IMG/VR virus record: IMGVR_UViG_3300035670_000087
Length of the DNA stretch: 24,541 nt
Strand: one strand, 5' to 3'
DNA from: a virus
Shown here: positions 9,901 to 16,999 of the stretch, one piece after another
Numbering within the stretch: position 1 is the stretch's first letter
Layout of the letters: every line of letters begins with the position of its first letter
Notes under the pieces: model-generated
What the model was told of the DNA's origin: nothing
The model's input: only the letters and a program-made list of their open reading frames with translations
The model's database searches: none
Translations under genes and position numbers: made by a program

Positions 9901-12900
9901 TGCAATTCCATAAGAAGTTACACTAAAGGTCTTAAATAAACTTATTGTTGATAGATTTGGATGTACTACAGAGCCTATTTGTATGTATTGATCATACTCT
10001 AGATCAGTAGGGGCACTAGTCTGTTGTATTAAACTAGCATTAGCATCTATTAATAACCAAGTAGTGTCATAAGTATTTAAGTATGTAGGAGTTACATTTG
10101 TAAATTGTGGCCAACTAATATATTTAATTGTTGGGTAGGGTTCTCTACTTGCAGTTGTTGCATTTAAAGTTACAATTATACCAGAACCAGAAGATACATT
10201 AAATGTAGTTCCTCCTATACTTCCACTAACAACTCCCCCAGTTAGTATACCAGTGTATATATTCCCTTCTAACCAACGAAGTCTTGTTGTATTGTTATAT
10301 CCGTCTCCGTTTTGAGTAAAATATAGGTCTCTTGTTGAGCCGCTTACGTATATATAAGAAGCAGTTACTGACTGATCTATGCTTGTATTTACTGGATTGA
10401 AACGTATATACCCATTGTGTACAGTATCACCGTATATTCTAACTGTAGGTGTTCCAGTCGATAAGGAACCTGATATAATAATACTACCTGATAAGAATGT
10501 ATTTCCTAATAAAGTGTTATTTCCTACCTGAGTAGTAGATCCTGATACTAATAAAGACCCAGTGAGAGTTAAGGAGTTATTAGCTAAGCTATATACTAGA
10601 TTGGTAGATGCTGTAGCTGCATTTAAGCTGCCGTCAGACACTAATACTCTGCCTAACCCTGCATTACTTATTGTGTTAAATCCTGTGCCCGAAGTTCCTG
10701 ACGATCCTGTAGAACCAGAGGAGCCGCTAGAGCCAGATGATCCTGATGTACCAGTACTGCCAGATGAACCAGAAGTACCGCTAGTACCTGTTGACCCAGA
10801 GCTTCCTGATGTTCCGCTTGAACCAGTAGATCCAGAAGACCCACTAGATCCTGATGAACCTGTTGATCCACTAGTTCCACTTGTCCCAGTACTGCCAGAT
10901 GAACCAGAAGTACCGCTAGTACCTGTAGTTCCTGATGTACCAGAAGTTCCTGAAGATCCTCTAGTACCTGATGTACCACTGCTACCGGACGAGCCAGATG
11001 ACCCTGCTGAGCCAGAAGTACCAGAAGATCCGGATGTTCCTGATGAACCTGTTGATCCAGATGAACCAGAAGATCCAGAAGTTCCTGTAGAACCAGAAGA
11101 TCCTGATGAACCAGAAGATCCTGATGAACCTGAGCTTCCAGAAGTGCCACTAGTACCAGTAGAACCGCTAGAACCTGAGCTACCTGATGATCCTGCTGTA
11201 CCTGAGGTACCAGATGAACCAGTAGATCCAGATGAACCTGAAGATCCAGAAGTTCCAGTAGAACCAGATGACCCTGAGGAGCCGCTTGTACCTGATGTAC
11301 CGCTAGTGCCAGTTGAACCAGAAGATCCAGAGGATCCTGAACTACCAGAGGTGCCTGATGTACCTGAAGTAGCTGCTGTATAAGAGGTACCGTTTATAAT
11401 TAAAGATCCAGTTATGCTTACAGACCCTGTAAATTCATGGGTATTTGATGGTATACTACCAAATTTAGTAGATCCTGTAACAAATTCTACCGAAGATGAT
11501 ATAGTTTGTACTACTAAAGTAAGCGCATTAATAGTATTAGTTACAGTTAAAGACCCTGTTATAACAGTACTGCCAGAAACAACTACGTTTCCATTGTTTA
11601 CAGTCAATACTGCGGAGGCTGTTGCTGCATTTGTTGAATTATCAGCAAGCAATACTCTGCCTATAGCAGGGTTATTTATTGTGGTGAACCCTGTACCAGA
11701 TGAACCAGAAGATCCTGCTGATCCAGAGAACCCCGAAGATCCGGATGTACCACTAGTTCCTGTAGAACCGCTAGAACCTGAGGTTCCAGAACTTCCAGAA
11801 GTTCCTGTACTACCAGACGATCCTGAAGTGCCGTTTATTCCTGATGTTCCAGAAGTACCTGTACTACCGCTTGTTCCGGTAGACCCGCTGCTTCCAGAGG
11901 TACCTGATGATCCGGTAGATCCAGAACTACCACTAGATCCAGAAGTTCCGCTTGTACCAGTTGATCCACTACTTCCAGAGGTTCCAGATGTGCCAGAAGT
12001 TCCACTAGTTCCTGTAGAACCAGATGATCCAGAACTGCCACTAGATCCAGAAGTTCCCGAACTACCTGATGTTCCAGATGACCCGCTAGTTCCTGTAGAA
12101 CCAGAACTTCCACTTGTCCCTGAGGTTCCTGAAGAACCCCTAGTTCCTGAACTTCCTGAAGAACCACTAGTTCCTGTTGATCCAGAACTTCCTGATGATC
12201 CGGATGTGCCACTGGTTCCTGCTGAACCTGAAAATCCAGAGGTGCCGCTAGTTCCTGTGGAACCAGATGATCCTGATGTGCCAGAACTACCGCTTATTCC
12301 GCTAGTTCCAGAAGATCCTGATGTTCCGCTTGTACCTGATATACCTGAAGTTCCTGTAGAGCCACTAGACCCTGCTGAACCTGAAGAGCCTGATGTGCCA
12401 CTACTTCCTGTAGAACCAGATGAACCAGCACTACCACTAGAACCAGACGTACCACTAGTGCCTGAAGTACCTGTAGATCCACTAGATCCTGAAGTTCCGG
12501 AAGTTCCTGCTGTACCAGAGGAGCCAGATGTACCATTTACACCGCTAGTTCCAGAAGTACCAGAAGTGGCAGCTGCAAAAGAAGTTCCATTAAGGAATAA
12601 AGATCCTGAGATTGTAACAGATCCTGTAAATTCGTGTGTATTAGATAATAATGTTCCGAAATGAGTTGATCCAGTTACAAATTCTACAGACGATGTTATA
12701 GTTTGTACTATTAAAGTCTGAGCTGTAATAGTATCTGTTACTGTTAAAGATCCAGTTATTGTAGTACTTCCTGATATTGCTAACCCTGATCCGTCATATA
12801 CTATAGCAGATGACGCTGTTGCCGCATTTGTTGAGCCGTCTGCTAATAAAACTCTACCTACAGCAGAGTTGCTTATTGTATTAAATCCTGTTCCTGATGT

Positions 12901-15900
12901 ACCAGCTGTTCCACTAGATCCTGTTGAACCTGAAGATCCTGCAGATCCTGAGGTTCCACTTGTACCTGATATACCAGAGGTTCCTGCTGTGCCGCTAGAC
13001 CCACTAGTGCCAGATGTACCACTTGATCCTCTTGTGCCACTTGTACCAGATGAGCCAGAAGACCCGGAAGTACCTGATGAACCCGCTGATCCTGAAATTC
13101 CTGAAGAGCCTGATGTTCCTGAAGAACCAGATAAACCAGAAGTTCCAGTAGAACCGGATGATCCTGAGGTACCACTAGAGCCACTAGAGCCTGAAGAGCC
13201 ACTACTACCAGAAGTTCCAGTAGAACCGGATGAACCAGAGCTTCCAGTTGAACCAGAAGATCCGGAGGTGCCTGAAGAACCTGCTGTACCTGCTGTACCG
13301 CTTGTACCAGTAGATCCACTAGAACCAGAAGAGCCTGATGAACCTGATAAGCCGGAAGTTCCACTTATACCAGCTGTACCAGAGCTTCCTGTACTACCAC
13401 TAGACCCGGATGACCCGCTTGCTCCAGAAGATCCGGAACTACCAGATGAACCAGAAGTACCAGTAGAACCTGAACTGCCAGAAGTGCCTGATGATCCAGT
13501 AGAACCACTTGACCCACTACTACCTGCTGTACCAGATATTCCTGAAGAGCCGCTAGTTCCTGTTGATCCACTACTGCCTGAGGAGCCACTAGTTCCTGTA
13601 GAACCAGATGAACCACTAGAACCTGAGGTACCAGATGTGCCCGATGTACCAGAAGTTCCGCTAGTTCCTGTAGAACCACTAGAACCTGAAGAACCAGTAG
13701 ATCCGCTACTACCTGATGATCCAGAAGTGCCGCTAGTACCAGTAGAGCCCGAAGAACCAGAACTACCTGCTGTACCAGACGATCCTGTAGAGCCGGAGCT
13801 TCCGCTAGATCCAGATGTACCACTTGTACCGGATGTACCTGTACTACCACTAGATCCAGATGACCCACTAGAACCTGAGGTTCCAGAAGTACCTGATGTA
13901 GCTGCGGTATATGATGTGCCGTTTATTATTAAAGATCCGCTAATGCTAACACTACCAGTAAACTCATGAGTGTTATTTATAGTTGTACCAAAATGAGTAG
14001 AGCCTGTAACAAACTCTACGGAAGAAGTTATAGTTTGTACTATTAAAGTCTGAGCTGTAATAGTATCTGTTACTGTTAAAGATCCAGTTATAAAAGTGCT
14101 TCCGGATATAGCTATTCCTAATCCATTATACACTATAGCAGAAGAGGCAGTAGCTACGTTAGTGCTTCCATCGGATAACAAAACTCTTCCTACAGCAGCA
14201 TTACTTATAGTATTAAATCCTGTTCCTGATGTACCCGATGATCCAGCACTGCCGCTAGATCCACTAGAACCTGATGATCCAGCAGTTCCAGATGTGCCTG
14301 TAGAGCCAGAAGATCCACTGCTGCCAGAAGATCCAGAAGTTCCTGTAGAGCCGGAGCTTCCGCTAGATCCAGATGTACCACTTGTACCGGATGTACCACT
14401 AGATCCTGCAGAACCAGAAGAACCTGATGATCCAGATGTACCAGAAGTACCTGTAGATCCGCTACTTCCAGAGCTTCCAGACGTACCTGTAGACCCGCTA
14501 GAGCCACTAGATCCTGCTGATCCACTTGATCCACTTGTTCCTGCACTGCCTGAAGTACCCGCACTACCTGAAGAGCCACTAGAACCACTTGTTCCGGAGG
14601 TACCTGAAGAGCCTGATGTTCCTGATGAACCGCTACTACCTGCTGTACCAGATGATCCAGAACTACCACTAGATCCGCTTGTACCTGTTGAACCGCTAGA
14701 TCCGCTTGTACCAGAACTTCCAGAAGTGCCAGTAGATCCTGCTGTGCCAGATGTACCTGAAGTTCCAGTTGATCCAGATGAACCAGAAGAGCCTGCGGTA
14801 CCACTACTCCCTGCTGAACCTGAAGTTCCTGAAGAGCCTGAAGAGCCGCTAGTTCCAGAAGATCCTGTTGATCCTGAACTACCAGATGATCCAGAAGTGC
14901 CTGAGGTTCCTGTTGATCCACTTGATCCAGAGGAGCCAGATGAACCAGAAGTGCCACTAGTTCCGGTAGAACCAGAGGAGCCAGAAGTCCCACTAGAACC
15001 AGCAGTTCCAGAAGAACCCGATGATCCTGTAGAACCAGATGAACCAGAACTTCCTGATGTGCCAGATGTTCCGGCTGATCCAGATGTTCCAGAGGTGCCA
15101 GTTGATCCACTGCTACCGCTAGATCCTGAAGAACCAGAACTTCCTGAAGTTCCACTAGAACCCGCTGTGCCTGATGTGCCACTTGTGGCGGCTGTGTAAG
15201 AAGTTCCGTTTATTATTAAAGATCCGGATATATTAACAGATCCTGTAAATTCGTGAGTATTTTCTATAACAGTGCCAAAATGAGTAGAACCAGTAACGAA
15301 TTCTACTGAAGATGTTATAGTTTGTACAACTATAGTTTGAGCCGTGAGAGTTCCCCTTACTAAAAAATCATCTGCGTAAGAAGCAGTAAAAGTATTTAAA
15401 GCCCAACTAGACGTACCATGCAAAGATCCAGTGATACCTTCTGTGACTATTAAAGATCCTGTTAACTCATGTAAGTTGTTATAATTTAAAACTAACTTGG
15501 TATTAGCATAAGAATCAAATCCCCCAACAAAAAAAGTTAAAGGTTGATCTTCTGATGCATTACCTATATGAAAATGGCTAGCAGTAGAGTATAGGTAGGC
15601 ATCGTTAGGACCTCCTATAGAATTAAGAATATTATAATTAGAACTGTTTATTCCTAAGTTTACATAGTTTTTAGTTTCAGTTCCTTCATCATTTGTTGCA
15701 ACTATGTCAGAAGAAGCTGAACTTCCTGTATTTTCGTTTTTTAAATTAAACTGAGAGTAGTTATCTATATTTGCTAACCCAGTTATTAAATTAAAAGTAT
15801 TTGAGTTAGCTTGTCTTATCCTTAAAGCTTCTGGGTGGTTTCCATCTACTTCATCTGTATTAATACCTACGGTACCGTTCTCATTTATCCACACTTTACC

Positions 15901-16914
15901 ATTAGCATATACATCAAAACCTCCATTAAATAAAACCAATTTTTTACCCTCACCAGCATTTCCTAAATATAGGTTTTCAGCTATAGAGTATAAATAAGCA
16001 TCATTAGCAGTTCCTATTACAGTATTCAAACTATAACCACTGCTGTTTATACCCATATTAATATAGAACTCCGATTCGGTTCCATTATCAGCAGTAGCTA
16101 CTATATCAGATGATGCGTTGTTACCAGAATTTACATTCTGTAAATTAAACTGAGAGTAGTTGTCTACATCTCCTCTGGCATACATTATATTGTATGAGCT
16201 AGTGTTAGGTGCATATACTCTAAGAGATTGTGGATTACTTAAATCTAAAGTATCTGTATTGATTCCTATAGTTCCTTGTTCGTGAATGAATATCTTAGAG
16301 TTTACTATAGGATCAAACCCTCCATTAAAAATAATAACTCTTTTATTGGCAACAGCATTACCAATATACAAATCATTAGCAGCAGAGTACATATAAGCAT
16401 CCCCAGCACCTCCAATAAAATCAGGAGAAGCGTAGTTGGAACCATTAACACCGATATCTAAATAACCGTAGTCAGATTCCGCATGGAAGTCTGCAGAAGC
16501 AAAACCGCCACTACTTGTATTATATACAGATATCCTAGCGTAACTGTTTTTGTTAGTAAACGCAGTTATTAGATTTTTTGTGTTTACTCCAGTACCGTCT
16601 ACAAATAAAATTTCTGGATCAGAAGCATTTCTTGGAGTTGTTGCGTTTCTTATTGAAGTAAAAGACCCGCTTTGATATATCGTACTAGATATAAGATTGG
16701 TAGAACCGGAAAATATAGATATGTAATTGTTACTACCTGTAATATTGGTAGCGGTAGCCCCTATTTCTACAACGCTATCTCCAGAACTGGAGGTGGTTCT
16801 CATGAATAACTTACCATCGTAAGTATTCATTGCTATTTCACCGAAATCTAGTTGTGCTGTAGTGGGTTTTGCACCAGGTATAGCACTCCTGCGAAGTTTT
16901 AATTTTTGGGCCAT
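6925..16914 (-). CDS. Giant modular tail-fibre-like protein (3329 aa) with five Gly-Ser/Thr collagen-like blocks
   Basis: N-terminal KLRRS..GAKP...LDFGEIAMNTYDGKLF resembles phage fibre attachment (Mtd-N-like) starts. It has three ~133-aa repeats, five Gly-X-Y blocks separated by a repeated THEFTGS module, an LNDLSDV..GDLLVYNGAEWQN fibre motif, and a C-terminal domain shared with the 614-aa fibre. Confidence 0.9.
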   Translation of the reverse strand: MAQKLKLRRSAIPGAKPTTAQLDFGEIAMNTYDGKLFMRTTSSSGDSVVEIGATATNITGSNNYISIFSGSTNLISSTIYQSGSFTSIRNATTPRNASDPEILFVDGTGVNTKNLITAFTNKNSYARISVYNTSSGGFASADFHAESDYGYLDIGVNGSNYASPDFIGGAGDAYMYSAANDLYIGNAVANKRVIIFNGGFDPIVNSKIFIHEQGTIGINTDTLDLSNPQSLRVYAPNTSSYNIMYARGDVDNYSQFNLQNVNSGNNASSDIVATADNGTESEFYINMGINSSGYSLNTVIGTANDAYLYSIAENLYLGNAGEGKKLVLFNGGFDVYANGKVWINENGTVGINTDEVDGNHPEALRIRQANSNTFNLITGLANIDNYSQFNLKNENTGSSASSDIVATNDEGTETKNYVNLGINSSNYNILNSIGGPNDAYLYSTASHFHIGNASEDQPLTFFVGGFDSYANTKLVLNYNNLHELTGSLIVTEGITGSLHGTSSWALNTFTASYADDFLVRGTLTAQTIVVQTITSSVEFVTGSTHFGTVIENTHEFTGSVNISGSLIINGTSYTAATSGTSGTAGSSGTSGSSGSSGSSGSSGSTGTSGTSGSAGTSGTSGSSGSSGSTGSSGSSGTAGSSGTSGSSGSTGTSGTSGSSGSSGSSGSTGTSGTSGSSGSSGSTGSSGTSGSSGSSGTSGSAGSSGTAGSSGSSGSTGTSGTSGTAGSTGTSGSSGTSGSSGSTGTSGSSGSSGSSGTAGSSGSSGTSGSSGTSGTSGSSGSSGSAGTSGSAGTSGSSGSAGSSGSSGSTGTSGSSGSSGSTGTSGTSGSSGSSGSAGSSGTSGTSGTSGSSGSSGSTGTSGSSGSSGSSGSTGTSGTAGSSGSSGSSGSAGSSGTSGTGFNTISNAAVGRVLLSDGSTNVATASSAIVYNGLGIAISGSTFITGSLTVTDTITAQTLIVQTITSSVEFVTGSTHFGTTINNTHEFTGSVSISGSLIINGTSYTAATSGTSGTSGSSGSSGSSGSTGTSGTSGTSGSSGSSGSTGSSGTAGSSGSSGSTGTSGTSGSSGSSGSTGSSGSSGSTGTSGTSGTSGTSGTSGSSGSSGSTGTSGSSGSSGSTGTSGSSGISGTAGSSGSSGSTGSSGTSGSSGSTGTSGSSGSSGSSGASGSSGSSGSTGSSGTAGISGTSGLSGSSGSSGSSGSTGTSGTAGTAGSSGTSGSSGSTGSSGSSGSTGTSGSSGSSGSSGSSGTSGSSGSTGTSGLSGSSGTSGSSGISGSAGSSGTSGSSGSSGTSGTRGSSGTSGTSGSSGTAGTSGISGTSGTSGSAGSSGSTGSSGTAGTSGTGFNTISNSAVGRVLLADGSTNAATASSAIVYDGSGLAISGSTTITGSLTVTDTITAQTLIVQTITSSVEFVTGSTHFGTLLSNTHEFTGSVTISGSLFLNGTSFAAATSGTSGTSGVNGTSGSSGTAGTSGTSGSSGSTGTSGTSGTSGSSGSAGSSGSTGSSGTSGSSGSAGSSGSTGTSGISGTSGTSGSSGTSGISGSSGTSGSSGSTGTSGTSGFSGSAGTSGTSGSSGSSGSTGTSGSSGSSGTRGSSGTSGTSGSSGSTGTSGSSGTSGSSGTSGSSGSSGSSGSTGTSGTSGTSGTSGSSGSTGTSGTSGSSGSSGSTGSSGTSGSSGSTGTSGSTGTSGTSGINGTSGSSGSTGTSGSSGTSGSSGSTGTSGTSGSSGFSGSAGSSGSSGTGFTTINNPAIGRVLLADNSTNAATASAVLTVNNGNVVVSGSTVITGSLTVTNTINALTLVVQTISSSVEFVTGSTKFGSIPSNTHEFTGSVSITGSLIINGTSYTAATSGTSGTSGSSGSSGSSGSTGTSGTSGTSGSSGSSGSTGTSGSSGSSGSTGSSGTSGTAGSSGSSGSSGSTGTSGTSGSSGSSGSSGSSGSSGSTGTSGSSGSSGSTGSSGTSGSSGTSGSAGSSGSSGSSGTSGTRGSSGTSGTSGTTGTSGTSGSSGSTGTSGTSGSTGSSGSSGSSGSTGSSGTSGSSGSTGTSGTSGSSGSTGTSGSSGSSGSSGSTGSSGTSGTGFNTISNAGLGRVLVSDGSLNAATASTNLVYSLANNSLTLTGSLLVSGSTTQVGNNTLLGNTFLSGSIIISGSLSTGTPTVRIYGDTVHNGYIRFNPVNTSIDQSVTASYIYVSGSTRDLYFTQNGDGYNNTTRLRWLEGNIYTGILTGGVVSGSIGGTTFNVSSGSGIIVTLNATTASREPYPTIKYISWPQFTNVTPTYLNTYDTTWLLIDANASLIQQTSAPTDLEYDQYIQIGSVVHPNLSTISLFKTFSVTSYGIAQQTYEFIRAFGGIKISGHTIEPSGSSLSLNRTEGKSYSLGRNYVNDANKPSLVSDAGYNAPNVFRYYKSGSVFVTTTGTTVLDPGNYNTPTTSTGLSAAPGGQYSIQRVFYFPNQPNTIGVYYGREIYNSIATALSNLPYETFEENNNTATQAIFLGYIVIKSGTTDLSNTTDVKIIQAGSFRNTTGGGGGAAAAVSLNDLSDVAISNVATGDLLVYNGAEWQNTKTVPSISGSFTGSFVGNLIGTSSWATNALTASSADNLTVRGTLTAQTLIVQTITASVELVTGSTHFGTLVNNTHEFTGSVRISGSLFINGTSYTAATSGTSGTAGSSGSSGSSGTSGTRGSSGTSGTSGSTGTSGSSGSTGSSGTSGSSGSTGTSGSSGSTGTSGSSGSSGSSGSSGSTGTSGTSGSSGSSGSTGTSGSSGSSGSSGSTGTSGTSGSSGSSGSTGSSGTSGTSGSSGTRGSSGTSGTTGTSGTSGSSGSSGSSGSTGSSGTSGTSGSAGTTGTSGTSGTSGSSGSSGSSGSTGTSGSSGSTGTSGSSGTSGTSGSSGSTGTSGSSGSTGSSGSTGTSGSSGSTGTSGSSGTRGSSGSSGSTGTSGSAGSSGSSGSTGSSGTSGSSGSTGTSGTSGSSGTSGSAGSTGSSGTSGTGFNTISNAAQGRVVVSDGSLNAATASAVLLVNNGSVAISGSTTITGSLVVTNTINAQTLIVEYITSSVIVTSGSTKFGDSTADTHQFTGSITVSGSYTIIGTSALNGDTTIVGSLIVSTGSAVELRVSQTGVAIGNVVSDAHRVTGSMNITGSLNIVGNTLAQTITASAILVSGSGTQRLTVVGSGSAQPIFSIQGSQGELFSIVDSLSGSLFSVNDISGLPILEVFSDSTTLIGDYNAPVLNTSKRISTTAIGSFTVYSIATASYDGMFVEYTAKSGSNIRAGSLMSVWSGSQVDITDTSLNGFGDTTDIMFGGIISGSDFVITGSVNSVGWVVKTIIRAI
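7960..8931 (-). repeat. Gly-X-Y block 5, 108 triplets
   Basis: 972 nt between ...AATS and GTGFNTI. Confidence 0.95.
10690..11364 (-). repeat. Gly-X-Y block 4, 75 triplets
   Basis: 675 nt between ...AATS and GTGFNTI. Confidence 0.95.
11698..12561 (-). repeat. Gly-X-Y block 3, 96 triplets
   Basis: 864 nt between ...AATS and GTGFTTI. Confidence 0.95.
12895..13893 (-). repeat. Gly-X-Y block 2, 111 triplets
   Basis: 999 nt between ...AATS and GTGFNTI. Confidence 0.95.
14227..15180 (-). repeat. Gly-X-Y block 1, 106 triplets
   Basis: 954 nt between ...AATS and GTGFNTI. Confidence 0.95.
15460..16630 (-). repeat. Three tandem ~133-aa domain repeats in the N-terminal part of the giant fibre
   Basis: Recurrent ASSDIVAT....Y(I/V)N(M/L)GINSS.Y....DAYLYS....IGNA....FNGGFD pattern. 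An identical 21-mer at 15742-15762 and 16141-16161 lies 399 nt apart. Boundaries are approximate. Confidence 0.85.
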
Positions 16915-16930
16915 ATGTATGGAACGGTTC

Positions 16931-16975
16931 TAGTATATACCAAACAGCTTTCGCTGGCCTATATAGGCGTATATA
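16931..16975 (-). promoter_or_regulatory. Structured 5' leader of the giant fibre gene (adjacent mini-hairpins or a three-way junction)
   Basis: Minus strand: tatatac-GCCTatatAGGC-CAGCgaaaGCTG-tttg-gtatata, with a GNRA (GAAA) tetraloop. Confidence 0.55.
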
Positions 16976-16983
16976 AATATCAA
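16971..16983 (-). promoter_or_regulatory. Putative phage (late) promoter motif TTGATATTTATAT
   Basis: Identical to 4690-4702. Confidence 0.65.
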
Positions 16984-16999
16984 CTATTCCTTACATATT

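Noticed and set aside
7960-15180. CRISPR array or non-coding tandem repeat
   Set aside because: The 9-nt periodicity varies at wobble positions and stays in frame, so it is protein-coding. There is no constant repeat with unique spacers.
3386-15182. Alternative-frame minus-strand ORFs rich in L/V/Q/H/D (e.g. 3386-4012, 7938-8960, 14205-15182)
   Set aside because: Frame-shifted by-products of the same low-complexity repeat, nested within the real CDS. I saw no slippery site or independent start signal.
3178-15199. Long plus-strand ORFs rich in P/V/E/D/L (12-518, 3178-4488, 7712-8950, 10562-11383, 11414-12664, 12869-13969, 14096-15199)
   Set aside because: Antisense shadows of the Gly-Ser/Thr repeats: Gly codons read as a Pro every third residue and the frame lacks stops. 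They coincide with the repeat blocks and mostly use non-ATG starts.
697-16914. Diversity-generating retroelement acting on the lectins or the Mtd-N-like fibre
   Set aside because: No reverse transcriptase is in the window, and I saw no TR/VR pair differing only at adenines. A distant DGR cannot be excluded.
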